Assembly: GCA_045598925.1 (NCBI GenBank)
Contig: JAZRVC010000027.1
Coordinates: forward strand, 847 to 64,846
Direction of reading: 5' to 3'
DNA: 64,000 nt
Source of the DNA: Alphaproteobacteria bacterium
GTDB taxonomy: Bacteria; Pseudomonadota; Alphaproteobacteria; CAAHEQ01; UBA3637
Below are positions 9,598 to 18,724 of the stretch, in pieces. The notes under the pieces are model-generated. The model had not been told where the DNA came from and ran no database searches. It saw only the letters and a list, made by a program, of their open reading frames with translations. The translations under genes and the position numbers were made by a program. Positions within the stretch are counted from its first letter, which is position 1; each line of letters opens with the position of its first letter.

Positions 9598-9819
9598 TTA
9601 AGCCTTATGTCTGAAAGCAATACGCCCTTTGGATAAATCATAAGGGGTCATTTCAATATCCACTTTATCCCCCACCATAACACGAATCCGAAACTTGCGC
9701 ATTTTACCCGAAGTATGTGCCAAAATTTCATGACCATTTTCCAATTGCACCCGAAAGGTTGCGTTTGGTAATGCTTCTGTTACTGTTCCAACGAATTGTA
9801 AGACTTCTTCTTTTGCCAT
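9598..9819 (-). CDS. infA: Translation initiation factor IF-1
   Basis: [47 protein letters not shown]... Start is at MAK with RBS GGGAG. The track start 9831 adds 4 residues that are not supported. Confidence 0.9.
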   Translation of the reverse strand: MAKEEVLQFVGTVTEALPNATFRVQLENGHEILAHTSGKMRKFRIRVMVGDKVDIEMTPYDLSKGRIAFRHKA

Positions 9820-9917
9820 AAAAACTCCCAAAAAATCAGGTTAAACACTCGTCATACCGAGTATATTTAAACGATAACATTTTTTTATTGTAAAGTCAAG
9901 ATTTTTTTGTTCAGCAC

Positions 9918-11024
9918 TTATATGAACAACTTTTCTATTTGGGCTAAAATTTTATCCTCACTGTAATTTTTGATAAAATCCAATGAGTTTTTACCCATCT
10001 TTTCTCTAAGGTCTTTGTCTTCCATTAAGGTCTTTAAGGCTTCGGCAAAACCATGAATATCTTTCACTAAAAAGCCATTTTCACCCTGTTTTATCATTTC
10101 GTTGACGCTTATCGCATCTTTAAAACCAACGCAAGGCAGCCCAGAGGCCATTGCCTCTGACAAAGCCAAAGAAAAGCCCTCAAAAGCACTCGGAAAAGCA
10201 CAAATAGAGGCTTCGGCTAATTTGTTGGGCATATCCTGACTAACCCCCATCAATTTAACTTGCTTTTCTAAATGATATTTTTGAATTAAATGGACACACA
10301 AATTATAGTATTCTTCATCCGATTTTCCCCCATAAAAATGAACTTGCCAATCGGGAAATTGTGGGGCAATTTTCGCAAAGGCTTCAATCAGCAAATGCGG
10401 ACGTTTTTGTTCCAATTCAATACGGCCAGAGTAGATAATTATTTTCTTTTTATCTCGGGTAATTTTATTTTGTTGAACAGGATTACCGATGGCAACCGTT
10501 TTCCCTGTGTAATATGTTTTCAACATCTGTTTAAACGAAGGCATAAGGACTTGAACAACATCTGCCTGTTTTAAGGTCTTTACAAATAATTTTGTTTTCT
10601 TTTTTGTAAAAAACACAGATGGAGGATTATGAAGTTGGACTATTTTTTGACACGGATAAGGAGAGTGATATATAATATCCGCCAAATCCTGAATCCCCAT
10701 AGCAATCATCACATCCGGACGAATTTCATCACAAAATTTCCTGATAATTTTGGCCACATAAAGTTCACGATTAAAATAAGGAATCAGATTACAGGTGATT
10801 TGACCTATGATTCTGCGCAACCGTGAAAATTTTAACCGTAAGTGTTTAAAGGTAATCCCCGCATCCAAAGGATAGAACAGATTTCCCGAATGTTTATCCC
10901 GTGTTAAAACATAGACCCTATACCCTTTTTTATTTAAGGCATTCGCCAACCACGACAACATTTTTTCAATACCACCGGCGGTGTTGAGTAAGTTGGATTT
11001 TTTATAAATTAAAATTGTTTTCAC
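9918..11024 (-). CDS. Glycosyltransferase family 1 (GT4-like)
   Basis: The C-terminal half carries the GT1 signature (...EGFSLALSEAMASGLPCVGF...). The gene is very AT-rich. Confidence 0.8.
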   Translation of the reverse strand: MKTILIYKKSNLLNTAGGIEKMLSWLANALNKKGYRVYVLTRDKHSGNLFYPLDAGITFKHLRLKFSRLRRIIGQITCNLIPYFNRELYVAKIIRKFCDEIRPDVMIAMGIQDLADIIYHSPYPCQKIVQLHNPPSVFFTKKKTKLFVKTLKQADVVQVLMPSFKQMLKTYYTGKTVAIGNPVQQNKITRDKKKIIIYSGRIELEQKRPHLLIEAFAKIAPQFPDWQVHFYGGKSDEEYYNLCVHLIQKYHLEKQVKLMGVSQDMPNKLAEASICAFPSAFEGFSLALSEAMASGLPCVGFKDAISVNEMIKQGENGFLVKDIHGFAEALKTLMEDKDLREKMGKNSLDFIKNYSEDKILAQIEKLFI

Positions 11025-11950
11025 TTTAATCTTATTTCCCGAACAATGGTTTTTAAGGGCAAATCAAACAAGTAAAAGACTTCATCTTTTAATAACTTTT
11101 TCACTTGCGCTTTGGTATAAGATTTTAATTCTGAATCAGATGATTTATAAACCTTATTTATCAGCATTTTCACGGCAATCGCAATTCTTTTTTGGGCCGT
11201 CCTTAACTCTGGTTTATCTTGATAAAAATCATAAACAAAGTGAATCCCTTTCAAATAACTATCCACTTTTTCCTTTGAAAAATCGCTACGCGTAATAGAG
11301 GTTCCTGTTTCCCTGTATATATAACAAGGAATATCCGTCACGGCAAAAGAATCAATTTGATCAATCAGGGTTGTTAAAAAAGGCCAATCTTCAAAATAGA
11401 TTCCTTCAATAAAGCGATGATTTTTTAAAATACTGGCCTTATACATTTTATTCCAAGCACTGGAATGGATTTTATTGTCTTTCACAAAAGCAGACAAAAT
11501 GTTTTGATAAATGACCTTATATCTGAGTGAGGGATGCGATAACCCTTTATCCGTTTTATTGCGAGACATCACCAAAGGCACATGAGTTTGTTTTGCGATA
11601 GAATGAAGAACCTGTAAAGCATAAGGGGGAAGTTGATCATCCGAATCCAAAAAGACAATGTACTTTCCCGTCGCATTATTCAATCCCGTATTTCGGGCCC
11701 CCGAAAGTCCCAAATTATCTTGCGAAATAAACTTTATCCGTTTATCTTTTGAGGCGTACTCTTCTAAAATCTGACTGGAATTATCGGGAGAACCGTCATC
11801 AACGCAAATCATTTCCCAATTAGAAAAAGTTTGATTGAGCACAGAATCTAAACATTCCCTTAAATACTGTTCAACTTTATATACAGGAACAATAATAGAA
11901 ATTTCAGGCATAAAACTCTCCTTAAATTTATCTGAGGGGTATTTTAGCAC
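11021..11950 (-). CDS. Glycosyltransferase family 2
   Basis: ISIIVPVYKVEQYLRECLDSVLNQT...VDDGSPDNS...FLDSDD (DXD motif). It overlaps the GT1 gene by 4 nt and is a paralogue of the 50003..50959 gene. Confidence 0.85.
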   Translation of the reverse strand: MLKYPSDKFKESFMPEISIIVPVYKVEQYLRECLDSVLNQTFSNWEMICVDDGSPDNSSQILEEYASKDKRIKFISQDNLGLSGARNTGLNNATGKYIVFLDSDDQLPPYALQVLHSIAKQTHVPLVMSRNKTDKGLSHPSLRYKVIYQNILSAFVKDNKIHSSAWNKMYKASILKNHRFIEGIYFEDWPFLTTLIDQIDSFAVTDIPCYIYRETGTSITRSDFSKEKVDSYLKGIHFVYDFYQDKPELRTAQKRIAIAVKMLINKVYKSSDSELKSYTKAQVKKLLKDEVFYLFDLPLKTIVREIRLK

Positions 11951-12019
11951 ATCTTAAATTAAAAAACAATAGGGGCCTTAAAGAAAAATTTCCCCCTCAT
12001 CTATAAGGGGGAAATTTAA

Positions 12020-12097
12020 TGGGGCGGAAGATGAGACTCGAACTCACGACATCTGGTACCACAAACCAGCGCTCTAACCAACTGAGCTACATCCGCC
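12020..12097 (-). tRNA. tRNA-His (anticodon GTG) with encoded G-1 and encoded CCA
   Basis: I folded it manually. G-1 plus acceptor GCGGATG/CTTCCGC has one T-T mismatch. D-arm is AGCTCAGTTGGTTAGAGC. Anticodon stem CTGGT/ACCAG has loop TTGTGGT. T-arm is GTGAG-TTCGAGT-CTCAT. Discriminator C is followed by CCA. Confidence 0.85.
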
Positions 12098-12154
12098 ATA
12101 TTCACAATGTGTGTTTAGTATAAACAAAACACCACAAAATGTCAAGAAGATTTT

Positions 12155-13081
12155 TTATATATCCACACGCAAACCAACGGACAATGTATGTGTATGGTAG
12201 TCTTTCAACTTTAATTCTTCTGTGGCAGGCGCGTCCCCAGAAGTCCCATACCAATCCAACACAGCCATTTTGCCATAGTGGGTATAACGATAACCGACAT
12301 CTAAATCCACGCGTTTATTTAAAGCATAACTGAGCCCGGCGCCCAACTGCCAAATAAAGTTCGTTTTATTGCTGGAGTGTGAATCCACATCAACCAGACA
12401 AGTCCCAGGAACAGGATCATCTACGGTCAATTTACTCTTCAACCGACCCATACCGATACCGCCCCCAACATAAGGCTTTAATACAGAAGAAAGCGGCACA
12501 TCATAGTAGGCGTTCAATAAAACCGACATCGCCTGAACTTTATGCTTCATCTTATCTTGATCAACACTTCCCACCATATGGGCGTGCGGATAAGTCGTTT
12601 CGGCATCCGAATGCATGGCACCTTCCACTTCAAAGCGCAGATTATCCACGCGCACACCGAAAGCAATTGCCCCGCCCAAGACAGTATCATCTAAATCCCC
12701 TTTATATTTTGCAGATAAAGGACCAATTGTTTGATTGTGTTCAAAATCAGCCATGGCTTTACTGAGCATAAAACGTCCCGCGAAATAAGGCGCCACATTA
12801 GCCCGATAGGTCTTTCTGACGGGTGAAGAACCTGTATTATAGGCAGACGGATACGCTGTCGCCGCAGGGGCCACATAAGTCGGCGCCACATAAACGGGAG
12901 AACGTGTATCCACATAACCATAGGCATACGGTGAAGCACGCCGCGCTGTGCATGAATTTGTCGCACAATTGCAAATTGTTCCCGAAGAACATTGTCCAGC
13001 GCACCGGCAAGTCGGCACTGTACCCGCTTGCACCTGAACAGCCAATAAAGAAATTGACAATCCCCATAAAATTTTTTTCAT
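12155..13081 (-). CDS. Outer-membrane beta-barrel protein (Omp25/Omp31-like) with a Cys-rich N-terminal segment
   Basis: A signal peptide (MKKILWGLSISLLAVQVQA) is followed by 7 Cys in 25 aa, then a P/Y/V-rich linker and a C-terminal barrel with alternating hydrophobic strands (...LDVGYRYTHY...). Confidence 0.65.
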   Translation of the reverse strand: MKKILWGLSISLLAVQVQAGTVPTCRCAGQCSSGTICNCATNSCTARRASPYAYGYVDTRSPVYVAPTYVAPAATAYPSAYNTGSSPVRKTYRANVAPYFAGRFMLSKAMADFEHNQTIGPLSAKYKGDLDDTVLGGAIAFGVRVDNLRFEVEGAMHSDAETTYPHAHMVGSVDQDKMKHKVQAMSVLLNAYYDVPLSSVLKPYVGGGIGMGRLKSKLTVDDPVPGTCLVDVDSHSSNKTNFIWQLGAGLSYALNKRVDLDVGYRYTHYGKMAVLDWYGTSGDAPATEELKLKDYHTHTLSVGLRVDI

Positions 13082-13234
13082 TTTCAGCCCCCTTTTTTAA
13101 AGACGTTAAAACGAACCGATAGTTTCAGTTTATCTAAAAAAAAGAGAAAAGCAAGTCTTTTTTTTATTTTTTTTTGTTTTATCTAGACTTTCATTTAAAT
13201 TTATGATAAGGTAGAAGAAAAAGGAGTACGAAAT

Positions 13235-14047
13235 ATGGAACCAAATGAGATGAATCCTATGGATATGACTGCAACAAATAATGCGGATCAAGAATATCAA
13301 TTAGACGTTCAACCTGTTGCCCCAAATCCACCATCCGAAAAGAAAAGCGGGTGGAAAGGTATTTTTTGGGCCGTTTTTTTGGCTTTGGCCATCCGTTCCT
13401 GTATTATTGAACCCTATAATATTCCTTCCAGTTCGTTGGTCCCTACTCTGTTGGTGGGTGATTATTTGTTTATTACCAAGTTTGATTATGGCTATTCTCG
13501 GCATTCCTTTCCGTTTTCTATCCCTTTGATTCCCAAAGACCGAATTTTATATAATCCCCCGCAACGGGGCGACATTGTGGTCTTTAAAAAGCCACCCGAA
13601 GATAAAACAGACTATATTAAACGCGTCATCGGGGTACCCGGCGATACCATCCAAATTTCAAATGGTCGCCTTTATATCAATCATATTTTAGTGCCACGTA
13701 CTTTCCAAGGTCGTGAAGCGTGGGAAACAGAAGCCGGTGAGCAAATCTATACCCGCTATACCGAAACCCTGCCCAACGGGGTTGTACATGATATTTATGA
13801 ATTGGGGGATACCTTCCGTTATGACAATACGGATCCGATTACGGTCCCCGACAATTACTTTTTCATGATGGGAGATAATCGTGATAATTCTTCTGACAGC
13901 CGTGTCTTTGGATTGGTACCGGCCGAAAATTTAGAAGGTAAAGCACGTTTTATTTTCTATTCTACCACAGGAAACGGGTGGTTCTTTCAATTTTGGCGTT
14001 GGAACGAATTTATCCGAAAAGAACGTTTATTTAAAGAAATTATTTGA
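13235..14047 (+). CDS. lepB: Signal peptidase I
   Basis: The product has the S26 boxes (...IPSSSLVPTLLVGDYLF..., GDNRDNSSDSRVFGLVP). A strong RBS (AAAAAGGAG) is present. Confidence 0.9.
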   Translation: MEPNEMNPMDMTATNNADQEYQLDVQPVAPNPPSEKKSGWKGIFWAVFLALAIRSCIIEPYNIPSSSLVPTLLVGDYLFITKFDYGYSRHSFPFSIPLIPKDRILYNPPQRGDIVVFKKPPEDKTDYIKRVIGVPGDTIQISNGRLYINHILVPRTFQGREAWETEAGEQIYTRYTETLPNGVVHDIYELGDTFRYDNTDPITVPDNYFFMMGDNRDNSSDSRVFGLVPAENLEGKARFIFYSTTGNGWFFQFWRWNEFIRKERLFKEII

Positions 14048-14058
14048 AAGGAAAACAA

Positions 14059-14973
14059 ATGACAAAAACATCTAAAAAAACACCAGAAAAAACAACCGTT
14101 GAAGCGGTTGCAACCGATACTGCGGCAGAAATCAAAACCGAAACGATTGTTGAGGGCACGACCGAAGAAGTCAAATCTGAAGGTAATGCCACAGAAGCCC
14201 CCAAAAAAGAAGAAAAGAAAAAAGGTAAAAAAGACAAAAAGAACAAAGACCGCTTTAAAAAAGAACAACCCAAAAAAGAAAAAAAGGAGAAAGAAAAGAA
14301 AGAACCCCCCGAAAACAAAATAAGAATGATGTTTAATTCCCCTGTGCTCTATGAAGAAGCCACCAGTTTGGCGGGAGACGGGAAAAAAGCCGGCTATCAA
14401 CGGTTGGAATTTTTGGGCGATCGCGTGGTTGGGTTGGTTGTAGCCGAAATGCTGCATAAAAACTTCCCCAAAGAAAATGAAGGCGAACTGGCCAAACGAT
14501 TCGTGGCCCTGGTCTGTGCCACCACTTTGGCAAAAATTACGACCACTTGGAATTTACCCGAATTTAAAGGTAAAGAACATAAACAAATGCGCCATAATAA
14601 GTCTGTCTTATCCGATATTTGTGAATCTGTTATCGGGGCGCTTTATTTAGACCAAGGATTAAAGGCTGTCCAAGAATTTATGCTTCCTATTTGGACACCG
14701 ATTATGCTGTCCTATCAACACGCGCCACAGGATAGTAAATCGGCCCTACAGGAGTATTCTCAAAAAACGTATGGTGCTTTACCGAAATATACGCTTTTAT
14801 CACAAAAGGGACAATCTCATATGCCTGAATTTACGGTAAAAGTAGAGGTCGGTCCTTATACCCAAGAAGCCAAAGGTCAGGCCATTAAAAAGGCAGAGCA
14901 GGAAGCCGCTTATTTGGTATTGCAACAAATACACGCCGCCCTTGCCGCCCAAGAAGAACAAGAGGAAAAATAA
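14059..14973 (+). CDS. rnc: Ribonuclease III with an ~89-aa Lys/Glu-rich N-terminal extension
   Basis: ATG at 14059 with RBS AAAGGA, 12 nt after the lepB stop. The extension (MTKTSKKTPEKTT...KKEKKEKEKKEPPENKIR) precedes the canonical RNase III start (MMFNSPVLYEE...ERLEFLGD...) and a dsRBD. Confidence 0.9.
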   Translation: MTKTSKKTPEKTTVEAVATDTAAEIKTETIVEGTTEEVKSEGNATEAPKKEEKKKGKKDKKNKDRFKKEQPKKEKKEKEKKEPPENKIRMMFNSPVLYEEATSLAGDGKKAGYQRLEFLGDRVVGLVVAEMLHKNFPKENEGELAKRFVALVCATTLAKITTTWNLPEFKGKEHKQMRHNKSVLSDICESVIGALYLDQGLKAVQEFMLPIWTPIMLSYQHAPQDSKSALQEYSQKTYGALPKYTLLSQKGQSHMPEFTVKVEVGPYTQEAKGQAIKKAEQEAAYLVLQQIHAALAAQEEQEEK

Positions 14974-15855
14974 ATGTCCCAGCACTTTGGATTTATTGCG
15001 ATTTTAGGTCAAACAAACGTTGGAAAATCAACTCTTATCAATCGTCTTATCGGCCAAAAAGTCAGCATTATTTCCCCAAAGGTGCAAACGACGCGGACAC
15101 GGGTGCGGGGTGTTTTAACCGAAGGTGAAACTCAGTTGGTTTTGGTGGATACACCGGGCATTTTTAAACCGAAGCGCCGGCTGGATCGGGCAATGTTGGA
15201 TGTTGCTTGGACGGAATCTGAAGAGGCCGATAAAATTACCTTGGTCATTGACGGGACAAAGGGCCTGACAGAAACGGATTTAAATATTATCACTAAACTG
15301 GGAACAAAAATCACACTGATTATCAACAAAGTGGATTTGGTTAAAAAAGACCAAATGCTTCCTTTATTGGAAAAAATCAATGATTTAAAAGAAGTCAATC
15401 AAGTCTTTTGTGTGTCGGCGCAAACGGGCGAAGGAATTAAAGAATTAAAAGAATACCTGATAAAACTAGCCCCCGAAGCCGATTGGATGTTCCCCGAAGA
15501 CGAATTGACAGATGTACCCGACCGACTTTTTTGTGCCGAAATTACCCGCGAAAAGTTGTTTTTGTATTTGCGTCAAGAACTGCCCTATCAATTGACAGTA
15601 GAACCCGTGTCTTTTAAGGAAACAAACAACTCAATTCGGATTGAACAAAACATTATTGTGGCAAAAGACGCCCATAAATCCATTGTGTTGGGGGCGAAAG
15701 GGTCTATGATTAAAAAAATCGGGGAATCCGCCCGCAAAGAAATAACCAAACAGTTGGGTAAAAAAGTCAATCTGTTCCTGTTTGTCAAAGTCCGTGAAAA
15801 TTGGGGCGAAGACATTAATCAATATAAGACTTGGGGACTCAACTTTAATGCCTGA
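14974..15855 (+). CDS. era: GTPase Era
   Basis: The product has G1 (GQTNVGKSTL), G3 (DTPG), NKVD and a C-terminal KH domain. The start abuts the rnc stop. Confidence 0.95.
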   Translation: MSQHFGFIAILGQTNVGKSTLINRLIGQKVSIISPKVQTTRTRVRGVLTEGETQLVLVDTPGIFKPKRRLDRAMLDVAWTESEEADKITLVIDGTKGLTETDLNIITKLGTKITLIINKVDLVKKDQMLPLLEKINDLKEVNQVFCVSAQTGEGIKELKEYLIKLAPEADWMFPEDELTDVPDRLFCAEITREKLFLYLRQELPYQLTVEPVSFKETNNSIRIEQNIIVAKDAHKSIVLGAKGSMIKKIGESARKEITKQLGKKVNLFLFVKVRENWGEDINQYKTWGLNFNA

Positions 15856-16534
15856 GTTTAAATCAGAAAAAGCCATTGTTTTAGGGGTTAAAAATTTTGG
15901 GGAACGATCCTATGTCGTTTCCCTTTTAACAAAAGAAAACGGACGCTTTTTAGGGGTATTCAAAAGGAAAAATCCCCCACAAATTGCCGATATTGTGTCG
16001 GCCCGTTGGCAAGCACGCCTGAATGAACAACTGGGAACTTTTTATTTAGAGCATCTAAAAACAACCGCCGCTGAATTTTTGGATGATTGGGAAAGATTAT
16101 GCGCTTTAAAGAGTATTTGTGAGACCCTAAACAATTGCCTGCCAGAACGTCAGAATTTTAAAATTATATATGACAATTTATTATTGTTTTTCAAAAATTT
16201 AAATAACGAATTTTATGTAAAAGATTATATTATTTTTGAACTAATTTTACTCAAAGAATTGGGGTTTGGATTGGATTTAACGTCCTGTGCGGGCGGGGGC
16301 GATAAAAATCATCTAATTTACGTTTCCCCAAAAACAGGACACGCGGTCAGTCAAGAAGTCGGCGCCCCCTATCGCGATAAACTTCTACCCCTGCCCGCTT
16401 TCCTGATTAAAAATACAATTCCGTCTTTGGAAGACCTGAAAAACGGTTTAAATTTAACGGGCTATTTTTTAACAAAACACTCCCCAAAAAACTTTTTACC
16501 ACGCGAACGCACCTTTTTAATAAAAAAGAAATAA
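15848..16534 (+). CDS. recO: DNA repair protein RecO
   Basis: I set the start at MPEFKSEKAIVLGVKNFGERSYVVSLLTKENG..., which overlaps the era stop by 8 nt. The track start 15782 lies inside era. Confidence 0.8.
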   Translation: MPEFKSEKAIVLGVKNFGERSYVVSLLTKENGRFLGVFKRKNPPQIADIVSARWQARLNEQLGTFYLEHLKTTAAEFLDDWERLCALKSICETLNNCLPERQNFKIIYDNLLLFFKNLNNEFYVKDYIIFELILLKELGFGLDLTSCAGGGDKNHLIYVSPKTGHAVSQEVGAPYRDKLLPLPAFLIKNTIPSLEDLKNGLNLTGYFLTKHSPKNFLPRERTFLIKKK

Positions 16535-16539
16535 TTTCC

Positions 16540-16569
16540 TTGACGAACAAGGCAAAAATAAACTATACT
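16540..16569 (+). promoter_or_regulatory. Sigma70-like promoter for the 16590 / xseB-ispA-nth transcription unit
   Basis: -35 TTGACG (16540..16545), 18-nt spacer, -10 TATACT (16564..16569). RBS GGAGG lies 5 nt before the ATG at 16590. Confidence 0.5.
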
Positions 16570-16589
16570 ATCTTTGATTGGAGGATCAC

Positions 16590-16985
16590 ATGACCACAGA
16601 AATAGATTTAACAGACCATATACATCAATTAAAACTTCTTTTAAAGACCGCAAAAGACCCTAAACTTTTATGGGAAGAAATGCAAATTTTGGGTAAAAAA
16701 GCCTTTAATTTACAGGAAAAAATAGAAAAAGAGTTAAAAGAGTTAGAACAATCCGCCAAAGAAATTACCGCGGTTCAAATGATTTACGAAACACGGGAAA
16801 GTATGTGGGATATTATGAATCAAATTGCGACCAAAGAATTAGAATTAAAGAATAAACCCCACCCCGCCACCATGCCGGAACATCATTGTTGTTGCCACCA
16901 TCACGGCGAAGGATGTTGCTGTCATGAAGAAAAAAGCCAGAAAAAATGTTGTTGTAAAGGAAAAAAGAAATGTCAAAAGAAATAA
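16590..16985 (+). CDS. Coiled-coil protein with a Cys/His/Lys-rich metal-binding-like tail
   Basis: MTTEIDLTDHIHQLKLL... The C-terminus is ...HHCCCHHHGEGCCCHEEKSQKKCCCKGKKKCQKK. The 3' end overlaps the xseB start by 16 nt. Confidence 0.55.
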   Translation: MTTEIDLTDHIHQLKLLLKTAKDPKLLWEEMQILGKKAFNLQEKIEKELKELEQSAKEITAVQMIYETRESMWDIMNQIATKELELKNKPHPATMPEHHCCCHHHGEGCCCHEEKSQKKCCCKGKKKCQKK

Positions 16986-17215
16986 CAAACCTTTCCTTTG
17001 AGGAGGCTCTTGCCAAACTGGAAACTTTGGTGGGGCAATTAGAATCCGGTCAGATTAAATTAGAAGAAGCCATTAAAGCCTATGAAGAAGGATGTGCTTT
17101 AAAAAAGGTCTGTGAAGATAAACTGAAAGACGCCCAAATGAAAGTGGAAAAATTGGTCTTGGATAAGCAGGGAAATCCCGAAAAAACGGAGCCATTAGAT
17201 GCCGATAAAGAATGA
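16970..17215 (+). CDS. xseB: Exodeoxyribonuclease VII small subunit
   Basis: The 81-aa product reads LSFEEALAKLETLVGQLESGQIKLEEAIKAYEEG... Confidence 0.85.
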   Translation: MSKEITNLSFEEALAKLETLVGQLESGQIKLEEAIKAYEEGCALKKVCEDKLKDAQMKVEKLVLDKQGNPEKTEPLDADKE

Positions 17216-18083
17216 TTTGGCAAAAGCCAGAGAATTATTGGATAAAAATTTTGAAAAATATCTGACGCTTCCCAAAGGAAAAGAAAAACGCCTGACACAA
17301 GCGATGCGGTATTCGGCTATCGGCGGGGGAAAGGCCTTTCGGGCTTTTTTGGTTTTAACCGTTGGAAAAATGTTAGGCCTGAAAAAAAACAATACTTTAC
17401 AAATTGCCACTGCCTTGGAAATGGTTCATACCTATTCACTGATTCACGACGACCTGCCCTGTATGGATAACGACACTTTGCGCCGGGGAAAGCCCACCAA
17501 TCATATTGCTTTTGATGAGGCTACCGCAGTCTTAGCGGGGGATAGTTTGCTGACTTTGGCTTTTGAAGTTTTGGCGGATAAAAAAACACACCCGAATCCG
17601 TGTGTCAGATCTAATTTGATTCAAATACTTGCCCAAAAAGCAGGGAAAAACGGTATGGCGGGCGGGCAAATGATTGATCTTATCGGGGAAAAAGAAAAAC
17701 TTTCCTTAAAAGAAATTGAATACCTGCAATCTTTAAAAACAGGATGTTTGCTCAATTATGCGGTGATGGCACCCGCTGTGGCCGCCAAAGCCAGTAAAAA
17801 ACAAAAAGAAGCCTTAGAAAAATATGCCTATGCCATAGGGCTCATGTTTCAAATTACAGATGATATTTTAGATGTGGAAGGCACCCCGGAAAAGATGGGA
17901 AAAACTTTGGGCAAGGACAAAGCCGAAACAAAATCCACCTTCGTTTCTTTATTGGGATTAGAAAAGGCCCGCCAAAAAGCCACAAAATTAGAAAAAGAAG
18001 CCCTAAAGGCTTTGACAATTTTTGATAAAAAAGCAGACCCTTTACGTGAGGCCGCCCATTTTATTATGATAAGGAAAAACTAA
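17199..18083 (+). CDS. ispA: Farnesyl diphosphate synthase (polyprenyl synthetase)
   Basis: The product has FARM (LIHDDLPCMDND) and SARM (FQITDDILD) motifs. The classic xseB-ispA adjacency is preserved. Confidence 0.9.
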   Translation: MPIKNDLAKARELLDKNFEKYLTLPKGKEKRLTQAMRYSAIGGGKAFRAFLVLTVGKMLGLKKNNTLQIATALEMVHTYSLIHDDLPCMDNDTLRRGKPTNHIAFDEATAVLAGDSLLTLAFEVLADKKTHPNPCVRSNLIQILAQKAGKNGMAGGQMIDLIGEKEKLSLKEIEYLQSLKTGCLLNYAVMAPAVAAKASKKQKEALEKYAYAIGLMFQITDDILDVEGTPEKMGKTLGKDKAETKSTFVSLLGLEKARQKATKLEKEALKALTIFDKKADPLREAAHFIMIRKN

Positions 18084-18722
18084 ATGGCTTTAATGACATC
18101 AGAACAGCGTTTAAAATTTATTGAACATTTACACCAAGTGTATCCGAATCCAAAGTGTGAACTCAATTGGACAACCCCTTGGGAATTGATTATGGCGATT
18201 ATCTTGTCCGCACAATCCACCGATAAAAACGTCAATAAAAATACCCCCGAGTTGTTCAAGGCTGTTCCTACCCCGCAAAAAGCGATTGAATTGGGCATAG
18301 AGGGTATTACCCCCTTGGTAAAATCTATCAACTATTACAACAATAAAACAAAATCTATTGTCAATTTGGCACACGAATTGGTTGAAAAATATCAAGGCGA
18401 ACTGCCCAAAGATTTTAATACTTTAATTCAACTGCCCGGTATTGGAAGAAAAACCGCCAGCGTCTTTTTAAACGTGGCCTATCATGCCCCCTATATCGGC
18501 GTAGATACACATGTGTTTCGTTTGGTGCATCGGTTAAAAATTTGCACAGGAAAAACCCCTCAAGAAGTGCAAGAAAAATTGGAAAAACTGGTGCCCGCTC
18601 CATACAAACCTGACTTTGCTTTGGCGATGGTCTTATTGGGACGATATATCTGCACCGCCCGAAAACCAAAATGTATGGAATGTCCGATGTATAACGTATG
18701 CAACTCAGATGAAAAGGTATAA
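18084..18722 (+). CDS. nth: Endonuclease III
   Basis: The product has an HhH-GPD fold (LIQLPGIGRKTASV) and a C-terminal 4Fe-4S cluster (CTARKPKCMECPMYNVC). Confidence 0.9.
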   Translation: MALMTSEQRLKFIEHLHQVYPNPKCELNWTTPWELIMAIILSAQSTDKNVNKNTPELFKAVPTPQKAIELGIEGITPLVKSINYYNNKTKSIVNLAHELVEKYQGELPKDFNTLIQLPGIGRKTASVFLNVAYHAPYIGVDTHVFRLVHRLKICTGKTPQEVQEKLEKLVPAPYKPDFALAMVLLGRYICTARKPKCMECPMYNVCNSDEKV

Positions 18723-18724
18723 AA

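Noticed and set aside
14099-14323. 74-aa poly-Lys/Arg ORF in an alternate frame of the rnc N-terminal extension
   Set aside because: It is a product of the A/G-rich low-complexity nucleotide sequence. The in-frame rnc reading has an RBS and continues into the RNase III domain.
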